A stretch of 64,000 nucleotides of DNA, taken from contig JAUCBJ010004314.1 of the NCBI GenBank assembly GCA_032718475.1, positions 38,586 through 102,585 on the forward strand. Reading direction: 5' to 3'. The notes under the pieces are model-generated. The model saw only the letters and a program-made list of their open reading frames with translations, searched no databases and was not told where the DNA came from. Origin of the DNA: Nemertoderma westbladi (Eukaryota; Animalia; Xenacoelomorpha). The position numbers were made by a program, and so were the translations under genes. Positions 36,255-49,500 of the stretch are shown here, piece after piece. How positions within the stretch are numbered: position 1 is the first letter of the stretch; every line of letters starts with the position of its first letter.

Positions 36255-36296
36255 ACATTTGCATCGCGCCACCTACTAAATCGACGAAATATATAG
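36234..36296 (+). CDS. EPDR: Ependymin-related protein, probable last exon (ALEDAGFTFASRHLLNRRNI*)
   Basis: tatttcag acceptor of the last repeat unit, phase 0, runs into unique sequence and TAG, giving ~231 aa in total. Which acceptor is actually used is unknown. Confidence 0.6.
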   Translation, partial: ALEDAGFTFASRHLLNRRNI

Positions 36297-36489
36297 AATT
36301 TCGAAATATATCTTATCAACGGACTAAATTATGTTTTAATATTACTATTAGTCTAAACGTAATTAATTTTAATTAATGTCATGTTATATTGCTGTGTATG
36401 CTGCAGTCTGTTGTATGCGGTCCACGTATAATTGTGAAGTTGTCGGATATTTTACTTCGTAGTGTTGGCCTATTGATTTATGTACAGTA

Positions 36490-37040
36490 TCCTTATGCCT
36501 GTACCTTATACCTGTACCTTATACCTGTACCTTATACCTGTACCTTATACCTGTACCTTATACCTGTGCCTTATACCTGTACCTTATACCTGTACCTGTA
36601 CCTTATACCTGTACCTTATACCTGTACCTGTACCTTATACCTGTACCTTATACCTGTACCTGTACCTTATACCTGTACCTGTACCTTATACCTGTACCTG
36701 TACCTTATACCTGTACCTTATACCTGTACCTTATACCTGTACCTTATACCTGTACCTTATACCTGTACCTTATACCTGTACCTTATACCTGTACCTTATG
36801 CCTGTACCTTATACCTGTACCTTATACCTGTACCTTATGCCTGTACCTTATACCTGTACATTATGCCTGTACCTTATACCTGTACCTTATACCTGTACCT
36901 TATGCCTGTACCTTATACCTGTACCTTATACCTGTACCTTATACCTGTACCTTATACCTGTACCTTATACCTGTACCTTATACCTGTACATTATACCTGT
37001 ACCTTATACATGTACCCTATGCCTTTATCTTATACCTGTA
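36490..37040. repeat. 13-bp repeat (TACCTGTACCTTA)n with 6-bp TACCTG slippage variants
   Basis: Direct periodicity; possibly lies in the EPDR 3'UTR (AATAAA at ~37295). Confidence 0.95.
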
Positions 37041-37574
37041 ATTGTTATTATTAATTTAAAAAAATTGTTTGAATTACAGATCCAATATGTCTAATATTTA
37101 TTATTGAAACCAACACAATCAAATGAAACGTGTTAATTTTAAATGATGTGATCTTTATACTTACCGAGTAGGCCCTACAATTAGTGCTATTGTATCTTGG
37201 TGCTATTAATTTGTGTTATTTTAATTAATTTATTCTCACGTTGTCAATTTTACCAATAATAGCCACCGGGGCGTAAGCCGGACCTTGAAATTGAAATAAA
37301 CTTGAGTTATTTGTGCACTGCGATAGATCAAATACATTGTTGTAAAAGTTGGAGTTCAAAAAAGCGGCGGCAAATCGCTAGACGATGATGCAAAAGGCAG
37401 CCAAAAATAAATTGTGGACAGCGGAAGCTGCGGGGAAGCCAGATACGTACGTATGTATGCATTAGGAATGCACAATGCATGTATATATCAACATATCACA
37501 GATTCAATGAAAACAATTACCGGCTTGTAATAATCAGCTTAGTTTCTTTATTACTGTAACAATTAATACCGAAA

Positions 37575-40500
37575 ACAACCCATTCCATTCACCCAGGGGG
37601 GTTTAGGGTACACACTGACGGTACAGCCAACGTGTTGAACAACCATTCCATTCACCCGGGGGGTTTAGGGTACACTGACGGTACAGCCAACGTGTTGAAC
37701 AACCATTCCATTCGCGCAGGGGGTTTAGGGTACACTGGTACAGCCAACGTGTTGAACAACCATTCCATTCGCCCAGGGGGTTTAGGGTACACTGGTACAG
37801 CCAACGTGTTGAACAACCATTCCATTCACCCAGGGGGTTTAGGGTACACTGGTACAGCCAACGTGTTGAACAACCATTCCATTCACCCAGGGGGTTTAGG
37901 GTACTGTACACTGGTACTGCCAACGTGTTGAACAACCATTCCATTCGCGCAGGGGGTTTAGGGTACTGTACACTGGTACAGCCAACGTGTTGAACAACCA
38001 TTCCATTCGCCCAGGGGGTTTAGGGTACACTGGTACAGCCAACGTGTTGAACAACCATTCCATTCACCCAGGGGGTTTAGGGTACACTGGTACAGCCAAC
38101 GTGTTGAACAACCATTCCATTCACGCAGGGGGTTTAGGGTACACTGGTACAGCCAACGTGTTGAACAACCATTCCATTCACCCAGGGGGTTTAGGGTACA
38201 CTGGTACAGCCAACGTGTTGAACAACCATTCCATTCACCCGGGGAGTTTAGGGTACTGTACACTGGTACAGCCAACGTGTTGAACAACCATTCCATTCAC
38301 CCAGGGGGTTTAGGGTACTGTACACTGGTACAGCCAACGTGTTGAACAACCATTCCATTCACCCAGGGGGTTTAGGGTACTGTACACTGGTACATACAGC
38401 CAACGTGATGAACAACCATTCCATTCACCCCGAGGGGTTTAGGGTACTGTACACTGGTACAGCCAAAGTGTTGAACAACCATTCCATTCACCCAGGGGGT
38501 TTAGGGTACGCTGGTACAGCCAACGTGATGAACAACCATTCCATTCACCCAGGGGGTTTAGGGTACTGTACACTGGTACTGCCAACGTGTTGAACAACCA
38601 TTCCATTCACCCAGGGGGTTTAGGGTACACTGGTACAGCCAACGTGTTGAACAACCATTCCATTCACCCGGGGAGTTTAGGGTACTGTACACTGGTACAA
38701 CCAACGTGTTGAACAACCATTCCATTCACCCAGGGGGTTTAGGGTACACTGGTACAGCCAACGTGTTGAACAAACATTCCATTCACCCGGTGAGTTTAGG
38801 GTACTGTACACTGGTACAACCAACGTGTTGAACAACCATTCCATTCACCCAGGGGGTTTAGGGTACTGTACACTGGTACAGCCAACGTTTTGAACAACCA
38901 TTCCATTCACCCAGTGGGGTTTAGGGTACACTGGTACAGCCAACGTGTTGAACAACCATTCCATTCACCCAGGGGGTTTAGGGTACTGTACACTGGTACA
39001 GCCAACGTTTTGAACAACCATTCCATTCACCCAGGGGGTTTAGGGTACACTGGGACAGCCAACGTGTTGAACAACCATTCCATTCACCCAGGGGGGTTTA
39101 GGGTACACTGGTACAGCCAACGTGTTGAACAACCATTCCATTCACCCAGGGGGTTTAGGGTACACTGGTACAGCCAACGTGTTGAACAACCATTCCATTC
39201 ACCCGGGGAGTTTAGGGTACTGTACACTGGTACAGCCAACGTGTTGAACAACCATTCCATTCACCCAGGGGGTTTAGGGTACTGTACACTGGTACAGCCA
39301 ACGTGTTGAACAACCATTCCATTCACCCAGGGGGTTTAGGGTACTGTACACTGGTACAGCCAACGTGATGAACAACCATTCCATTCACCCCGAGGGGTTT
39401 AGGGTACTGTACACTGGTACAGCCAAAGTGTTGAACAACCATTCCATTCACCCAGGGGGTTTAGGGTACGCTGGTACAGCCAACGTGATGAACAACCATT
39501 CCATTCACCCAGGGGGTTTAGGGTACTGTACACTGGTACAGCCAACGTGTTGAACAACCATTCCATTCACCCAGGGGGTTTAGGGTACACTGGTACAGCC
39601 AACGTGTTGAACAACCATTCCATTCACCCGGGGAGTTTAGGGTACTGTACACTGGTACAACCAACGTGTTGAACAACCATTCCCTTCACCCAGGGGGTTT
39701 AGGGTACACTGGTACAGCCAACGTGTTGAACAAACATTCCATTCACCCGGTGAGTTTAGGGTACTGTACACTGGTACAACCAACGTGTTGAACAACCATT
39801 CCATTCACCCAGGGGGTTTAGGGTACTGTACACTGGTACAGCCAACGTTTTGAACAACCATTCCATTCACCCAGTGGGGTTTAGGGTACACTGGTACAGC
39901 CAACGTGTTGAACAACCATTCCATTCACCCAGGGGGTTTAGGGTACTGTACACTGGTACAGCCAACGTTTTGAACAACCATTCCATTCACCCAGGGGGTT
40001 TAGGGTACACTGGGACAGCCAACGTGTTGAACAACCATTCCATTCACCCAGGGGGGTTTAGGGTACACTGGTACAGCCAACGTGTTGAACAACCATTCCA
40101 TTCACCCAGGGGGTTTAGGGTACACTGGTACAGCCAACGTGTTGAACAACCATTCCATTCACGCAGGGGGTTTAGGGTACACTGGTACAGCCAACGTGTT
40201 GAACAACCATTCCATTCACTCAGGGGGTTTAGGGTACACTGGTACAGCCAACGTGTTGAACAACCATTCCATTCACGCAGGGGGTTTAGGGTACACTGGT
40301 ACAGCCATCGTGTTGAACAACCATTCCATTCACCCAGGGGGTTTAGGGTACACTGGTACAGCCAACGTGTTGAACAACCACTCCATTCACCCAGGGGGTT
40401 TAGGGTACACTGGTACAGCCAACGTGTTGAACAACCATTCTATTCACCCAGGGGGTTTAGGGTACTGTACACTGGTACAGCCAACGTGTTGAACAACCAT

Positions 40501-43500
40501 TCCATTCACCCAGAGGGGTTTAGGGTACTGTACACTGGTACAGCCAAAGTGTTGAACAACCATTCCATTCACCCAGGGGGTTTAGGGTACGCTGGTACAG
40601 CCAACGTGATGAACAACCATTCCATTCACCCGGGGGGTTTAGGGTACTGTACACTGGTACAGCCAACGTGTTGAACAACCATTCCATTCACCCAGGGGGT
40701 TTAGGGTACACTGGTACAGCCAACGTGTTCACCCAGGGGGTTTAGGGTACACTGGGACAGCCAACGTGTTGAACAACCATTGCATTCACCCAGGGAGGTT
40801 TAGGGTACACTGGGACAGCCAACGTTTTGAACAACCATTCCATTCACCCGGGGGGTTTAGGGTACTGTACACTGGTACAGCCAACGTGTTGAACAACCAT
40901 TCCATTCACCCAGGGGGTTTAGGGTACACTGGGACAGCCAACGTGTTGAACAACCATTCCATTCACCCAGTGGGGTTTAGGGTACCCTGGGACAGCCAAC
41001 GTGTTGAACAACCATTCCATTCACCGAGGGGGGTTTAGGGTACACTGGTACAGCCAACGTGTTGAACAACCATTACATTCACCCAGGGGGTTTAGGGTAC
41101 TGTACACCGGTACAGCCAACGTGTTGAACAACCATTCCATTCACCCAGGGGGTTTAGGGTACTGTACACTGGTACCGCCAACGTGTTGAACAACCATTCC
41201 ATTCACCCGGGCGGTTTAGGGTACTTTACACTGGTACAGCCAACGTGTTGAACAACCATTCCATTCACCCGGGGAGTTTAGGGTACACTGACAGTACAGC
41301 CAACGTGTTGAACAACCATTCCATTCACTCAGGGGGTTTAGGGTACACTGGTACAGCCAACGTGTTGAACAACCATTCCATTCACGCAGGGGGTATAGGG
41401 TACACTGGTACAGCCAACGTGTTGAACAACCATTCCATTCACTCAGGGGGTTTAGGGTACACTGGTACAGCCAACGTGTTGAACAACCATTCCATTCACC
41501 CAGGGGGTTTAGGGTACACTGGTACAGCCATCGTGTTGAACAACCATTCCATTCACCCAGGGGGTTTAGGGTACACTGGTACAGCCAACGTGTTGAACAA
41601 CCATTCCATTCACCCAGGGGGTTTAGGGTACACTGGTACAGCCAACGTGTTGAACAACCATTCCATTCACCCAGGGGGTTTAGTGTACTGTACACTGGTA
41701 CAGCCAACGTGTTGAACAACCATTCCATTCACCCAGAGGGGTTTAGGGTACTGTACACTGGTACAGCCAAATTGTTGAACATCCATTCCATTCACCCAGG
41801 GGGTTTAGGGTACGCTGGTACAGCCAACGTGATGAACAACCATTCCATTCACCCAGGGGGTTTAGGGTACTGTACACTGGTACAGCCAACGTGTTGAACA
41901 ACCATTACATTCACCCAGGGGGTTTAGGGTACTGTACACCGGTACAGCCAACGTGTTGAACAACCATTCCATTCACCCAGGGGGTTTAGGGTACTGTACA
42001 CTGGTACCGCCAACGTGTTGAACAACCATTCCATTCACCCGGGGGGTTTAGGGTACTTTACACTGGTACAGCCAACGTGTTGAACAACCATTCCATTCAC
42101 CCGGGGAGTTTAGGGTACACTGACAGTACAGCCAACGTGTTGAACAACCATTCCATTCACTCAGGGGGTTTAGGGTACACTGGTACAGCCAACGTGTTGA
42201 ACAACCATTCCATTCACCCAGGGGGTTTAGGGTACACTGGTACAGCCAACGTGTTGAACAACCATTCTATTCACCCAGGGGGTTTAGGGTACTGTACACT
42301 GGTACAGCCAACGTGTTGAACAACCATTCCATTCACGCAGGGGGTTTAGGGTACACTGGTACAGCCAACGTGTTGAACAACCATTCCATTCACTCAGGGG
42401 GTTTAGGGTACACTGGTACAGCCAACGTGTTGAACAACCATTCCATTCACGCAGGGGGTTTAGGGTACACTGGTACAGCCAACGTGTTGAACAACCATTC
42501 CATTCACCCAGGGGGTTTAGGGTACACTGGTACAGCCAACGTGTTGAACAACCATTCCATTCACCCGGGGAGTTTAGGGTACTGTACACTGGTACAACCA
42601 ACGTGTTGAACAACCATTCCATTCACCCAGGGGGTTTAGGGTACACTGGTACAGCCAACGTGTTGAACAAACATTCCATTCACCCGGTGAGTTTAGGGTA
42701 CTGTACACTGGTACAACCAACGTGTTGAACAACCATTCCATTCACCCAGGGGGTTTAGGGTACTGTACACTGGTACAGCCAACGTTTTGAACAACCATTC
42801 CATTCACCCAGTGGGGTTTAGGGTACACTGGTACAGCCAACGTGTTGAACAACCATTCCATTCACCCAGGGGGTTTAGGGTACTGTACACTGGTACAGCC
42901 AACGTTTTGAACAACCATTCCATTCACCCAGGGGGTTTAGGGTACACTGGGACAGCCAATGTGTTGAACAACCATTCCATTCACCCAGGGGGGTTTAGGG
43001 TACACTGGTACAGCCAACGTGTTGAACAACCATTCCATTCACCCAGGGGGTTTAGGGTACACTGGTACAGCCAACGTGTTGAACAACCATTCCATTCACC
43101 CGGGGAGTTTAGGGTACTGTACACTGGTACAGCCAACGTGTTGAACAACCATTCCATTCACCCAGGGGGTTTAGGGTACTGTACACTGGTACAGCCAACG
43201 TGTTGAACAACCATTCCATTCACCCAGGGGGTTTAGGGTACTGTACACTGGTACAGCCAACGTGATGAACAACCATTCCATTCACCCCGAGGGGTTTAGG
43301 GTACTGTACACTGGTACAGCCAAAGTGTTGAACAACCATTCCATTCACCCAGGGGGTTTAGGGTACGCTGGTACAGCCAACGTGATGAACAACCATTCCA
43401 TTCACCCAGGGGGTTTAGGGTACTGTACACTGGTACAGCCAACGTGTTGAACAACCATTCCATTCACCCAGGGGGTTTAGGGTACACTGGTACAGCCAAC

Positions 43501-46500
43501 GTGTTGAACAACCATTCCATTCACCCGGGGAGTTTAGGGTACTGTACACTGGTACAACCAACGTGTTGAACAACCATTCCCTTCACCCAGGGGGTTTAGG
43601 GTACACAGGGACAGCCAACGTGTTGAACAAACATTCCATTCACCCGGTGAGTTTAGGGTACTGTACACTGGTACAACCAACGTGTTGAACAACCATTCCA
43701 TTCACCCAGGGGGTTTAGGGTACTGTACACTGGTACAGCCAACGTTTTGAACAACCATTCCATTCACCCAGTGGGGTTTAGGGTACACTGGTACAGCCAA
43801 CGTGTTGAACAACCATTCCATTCACCCAGGGGGTTTAGGATACTGTACACTGGTACAGCCAACGTTTTGAACAACCATTCCATTCACCCAGGGGGTTTAG
43901 GGTACACTGGGACAGCCAACGTGTTGAACAACCATTCCATTCACCCAGGGGGGTTTAGGGTACACTGGTACAGCCAACGTGTTGAACAACCATTCCATTC
44001 ACCCAGGGGGTTTAGGGTACACTGGTACAGCCAACGTGTTGAACAACCATTCCATTCACGCAGGGGGTTTAGGGTACACTGGTACAGCCAACGTGTTGAA
44101 CAACCATTCCATTCACTCAGGGGGTTTAGGGTACACTGGTACAGCCAACGTGTTGAACAACCATTCCATTCACGCAGGGGGTTTAGGGTACACTGGTACA
44201 GCCATCGTGTTGAACAACCATTCCATTCACCCAGGGGGTTTAGGGTACACTGGTACAGCCAACGTGTTGAACAACCATTCCATTCACCCAGGGGGTTTAG
44301 GGTACACTGGTACAGCCAACGTGTTGAACAACCATTCTATTCACCCAGGGGGTTTAGGGTACAGTACACTGGTAGAGCCAACGTGTTGAACAACCATTCC
44401 ATTCACCCAGAGGGGTTTAGGGTACTGTACACTGGTACAGCCAAAGTGTTGAACAACCATTCCATTCACCCAGGGGGTTTAGGGTACGCTGGTACAGCCA
44501 ACGTGATGAACAACCATTCCATTCACCCGGGGGGTTTAGGGTACTGTACACTGGTACAGCCAACGTGTTGAACAACCATTCCATTCACCCAGGGGGTTTA
44601 GGGTACACTGGTACAGCCAACGTGTTCACCCAGGGGGTTTAGGGTACACTGGGACAGCCAACGTGTTGAACAACCATTGCATTCACCCAGGGAGGTTTAG
44701 GGTACACTGGGACAGCCAACGTTTTGAACAACCATTCCATTCACCCGGGGGGTTTAGGGTACTGTACACTGGTACAGCCAACGTGTTGAACAACCATTCC
44801 ATTCACCCAGGGGGTTTAGGGTACCCTGGGACAGCCAACGTTTTGAACAACCATTCCATTCACCCAGTGGGGTTTAGGGTACACTGGTACAGCCAACGTG
44901 TTGAACAACCATTCCATTCACCCAGGGGGTTTAGGGTACTGTACACTGGTACAGCCAACGTTTTGAACAACCATTCCATTCACCCAGGGGGTTTAGGGTA
45001 CACTGGGACAGCCAACGTGTTGAACAACCATTCCATTCACCCAGGGGGGTTTAGGGTACACTGGTACAGCCAACGTGTTGAACAACCATTCCATTCACCC
45101 AGGGGGTTTAGGGTACACTGGTACAGCCAACGTGTTGAACAACCATTCCATTCACGCAGGGGGTTTAGGGTACACTGGTACAGCCAACGTGTTGAACAAC
45201 CATTCCATTCACTCAGGGGGTTTAGGGTACACTGGTACAGCCAACGTGTTGAACAACCATTCCATTCACGCAGGGGGTTTAGGGTACACTGGTACAGCCA
45301 TCGTGTTGAACAACCATTCCATTCACCCAGGGGGTTTAGGGTACACTGGTACAGCCAACGTGTTGAACAACCATTCCATTCACCCAGGGGGTTTAGGGTA
45401 CACTGGTACAGCCAACGTGTTGAACAACCATTCTATTCACCCAGGGGGTTTAGGGTACTGTACACTGGTACAGCCAACGTGTTGAACAACCATTCCATTC
45501 ACCCAGAGGGGTTTAGGGTACTGTACACTGGTACAGCCAAAGTGTTGAACAACCATTCCATTCACCCAGGGGGTTTAGGGTACGCTGGTACAGCCAACGT
45601 GATGAACAACCATTCCATTCACCCGGGGGGTTTAGGGTACTGTACACTGGTACAGCCAACGTGTTGAACAACCATTCCATTCACCCAGGGGGTTTAGGGT
45701 ACACTGGTACAGCCAACGTGTTCACCCAGGGGGTTTAGGGTACACTGGGACAGCCAACGTGTTGAACAACCATTGCATTCACCCAGGGAGGTTTAGGGTA
45801 CACTGGGACAGCCAACGTTTTGAACAACCATTCCATTCACCCGGGGGGTTTAGGGTACTGTACACTGGTACAGCCAACGTGTTGAACAACCATTCCATTC
45901 ACCCAGGGGGTTTAGGGTACACTGGGATAGCCAACGTGTTGAACAACCATTCCATTCACCCAGTGGGGTTTAGGGTACACTGGGACAGCCAACGTGTTGA
46001 ACAACCATTCCATTCACCGAGGGGGTTTAGGGTACTGTACACCGGTACAGCCAACGTGTTGAACAACCATTCCATTCACCCAGGGGGTTTAGGGTACTGT
46101 ACACTGGTACCGCCAACGTGTTGAACAACCATTCCATTCACCCGGGGGGTTTAGGGTACTTTACACTGGTACAGCCAACGTGTTGAACAACCATTCCATT
46201 CACCCGGGGAGTTTAGGGTACACTGACAGTACAGCCAACGTGTTGAACAACCATTCCATTCACTCAGAGGGTTTAGGGTACACTGGTACAGCCAACGTGT
46301 TGAACAACCATTCCATTCACGCAGGGGGTATAGGGTACACTGGTACAGCCAACGTGTTGAACAACCATTCCATTCACTCAGGGGGTTTAGGGTACACTGG
46401 TACAGCCAACGTGTTGAACAACCATTCCATTCACCCAGGGGGTTTAGGGTACTCTGGTACAGCCATCGTGTTGAACAACCATTCCATTCACCCAGGGGGT

Positions 46501-49500
46501 TTAGGGTACACTGGTACAGCCAACGTGTTCAACAACCATTCCATTCACCCAGGGGGTTTAGGGTACACTGGTACAGCCAACGTGTTGAACAACCATTCCA
46601 TTCACCCAGGGGGTTTAGTGTACTGTACACTGGTACAGCCAACGTGTTGAACAACCATTCCATTCACCCAGAGGGGTTTAGGGTACTGTACACTGGTACA
46701 GCCAAATTGTTGAACAACCATTCCATTCACCCAGGGGGTTTAGGGTACGCTGGTACAGCCAACGTGATGAACAACCATTCCATTCACCCAGGGGGTTTAG
46801 GGTACTGTACACTGGTACAGCCAACGTGTTGAACAACCATTCCATTCACCCAGGGGGTTTAGGGTACACTGGTACAGCCAACGTGTTCACCCAAGGGGTT
46901 TAGGGTACACTGGGACAGCCAACGTGTTGAGCAACCATTGCATTCACCCATGGAGGTTTAGGGTACACTGGGACAGCCAACGTTTTGAACAACCATTCCA
47001 TTCACCCGGGGGGTTTAGGGTACTGTACACTGGTACAGCCAACGTGTTGAACAACCATTCCATTCACCCAGGGGGTTTAGGGTACACTGGGACAGCCAAC
47101 GTGTTGAACAACCATTCCATTCACCGAGGGGGGTTTAGGGTACACTGGTACAGCCAACGTGTTGAACAACCATTCCATTCACCCGGGGAGTTTAGGGTAC
47201 TGTACACTGGTACAGCCAACGTGTTGAACAACCATTCCATTCACCCAGGGGGTTTAGGGTACTGTACACTGGTACAGCCAACGTGTTGAACAACCATTCC
47301 ATTCACCCAGGGGGTTTAGGGTACACTGGTACAGCCAACGTGTTGAACAACCATTCCATTCACCCAGGGGGTTTAGGGTACTGTACACTGGTACATCCAA
47401 CGTGTTGAACAACCATTCCATTCACCCAGGGGGTTTAGGGTACACTGGTACAGCCAACGTGTTGAACAACCATTCCATTCACCCAGGGGGTTTAGGGTAC
47501 TGTACACTGGTACAGCCAACGTGTTGAACAACCATTCCATTCACCCAGGGGGTTTAGGGTACTGTACACTGGTACAGCCAACGTGTTGAACAACCATTCC
47601 ATTCACGCGGGAGGTTTAGGGTACTGTACACTGGTACAGCCAACGTGTTGATCAACCATTCCATTCACCCAGGGGGTTTAGGGAACACTGGTACAGCCAA
47701 CGTGTTGAACAACCATTCCATTCACCCAGGGGGTTTAGGGTACACTGGTACAGCCTACGTGTTGAACAACCATTCCATTCACCCAGGGGGTTTAAGGTAC
47801 TGTACACCGGTACAGCCAACGTGTTGAACAACCATTCCATTCACCCGGGGGGTTTAGGGTACTTTACACTGGTACAGCCAACGTGTTGAACAACCATTCC
47901 ATTCACCCAGGGGGTTTAGGGTACACTGGGACAGCCAACGTGTTGAACAACCATTCCATTCACCCAGGGGGTTTAGGGTACTGTACACTGGTAGAGCCAA
48001 CGTGTTAAACAACCATTCCATTCACCCGGGGAGTTTAGGGTACACAGACAGTACAGCCAACGTGTTGAACAACCATTCCATTCACCCGGGGTGTTTAGGG
48101 TACACTGACGGTACAGCCAACGTGTTGAACAACCATTCCATTCACCCGGGGAGTTTAGGGTACACTGACAGTACAGCCAACGTGTTGAACAACCATTCCA
48201 TTCACCCAGGGGGGTTTAGGGTACACTGACGGTACAGCCAACGTGTTGAACAACCCTTCCATTCACCCAGGGGGTTTAGGGTACACTACTGGTACAACCA
48301 ACGTGTTGAACAAACATTCCATTCACCCAGGGGGTTTAGGGTACTGTACACTGGTACAACCAACGTGTTGAACAACCATTCCATTCACCCAGGGGGTTTA
48401 GGGTACACTGGGACAGCCAACGTTTTGAACAACCATTCCATTCACCCAGTGGGGTTTAGGGTACACTGGTACAGCCAACGTGTTGAACAACCATTCCATT
48501 CACCCAGGGGGTTTAGGGTACTGTACACTGGTACAGCCAACGTTTTGAACAACCATTCCATTCACCCAGGGGGTTTAGGGTACACTGGGACAGCCAACGT
48601 GTTGAACAACCATTCCATTCACCCAGGGGGGTTTAGGGTACACTGGTACAGCCAACGTGTTGAACAACCATTCCATTCACCCAGGGGGTTTAGGGTACAC
48701 TGGTACAGCCAACGTGTTGAACAACCATTCCATTCACGCAGGGGGTTTAGGGTACACTGGTACAGCCAACGTGTTGAACAACCATTCCATTCACTCAGGG
48801 GGTTTAGGGTACACTGGTACAGCCAACGTGTTGAACAACCATTCCATTCACGCAGGGGGTTTAGGGTACACTGGTACAGCCAACGTGTTGAACAACCATT
48901 CCATTCACCCAGGGGGTTTAGGGTACACTGGTACAGCCAACGTGTTGAACAACCATTCCATTCACCCAGGGGGTTTAGGGTACACTGGTACAGCCAACGT
49001 GTTGAACAACCATTCTATTCACCCAGGGGGTTTAGGGTACTGTACACTGGTACAGCCAACGTGTTGAACAACCATTCCATTCACCCAGAGGGGTTTAGGG
49101 TACTGTACACTGGTACAGCCAAAGTGTTGAACAACCATTCCATTCACCCAGGGGGTTTAGGGTACGCTGGTACAGCCAACGTGATGAACAACCATTCCAT
49201 TCACCCGGGGGGTTTATGGTACTGTACACTGGTACAGCCAACGTGTTGAACAACCATTCCATTCACCCAGGGGGTTTAGGGTACACTGGTACAGCCAACG
49301 TGTTCACCCAGGGGGTTTAGGGTACACTGGGACAGCCAACGTGTTGAACAACCATTGCATTCACCCAGGGAGGTTTAGGGTACACTGGGACAGCCAACGT
49401 TTTGAACAACCATTCCATTCACCCGGGGGGTTTAGGGTACTGTACACTGGTACAGCCAACGTGTTGAACAACCATTCCATTCACCCAGGGGGTTTAGGGT

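Noticed and set aside
36389-37094. 221-aa and 204-aa ORFs (PVPYTCTLYLYL repeats)
   Set aside because: The 13-bp repeat lacks stops on this strand in all frames; no coding evidence.
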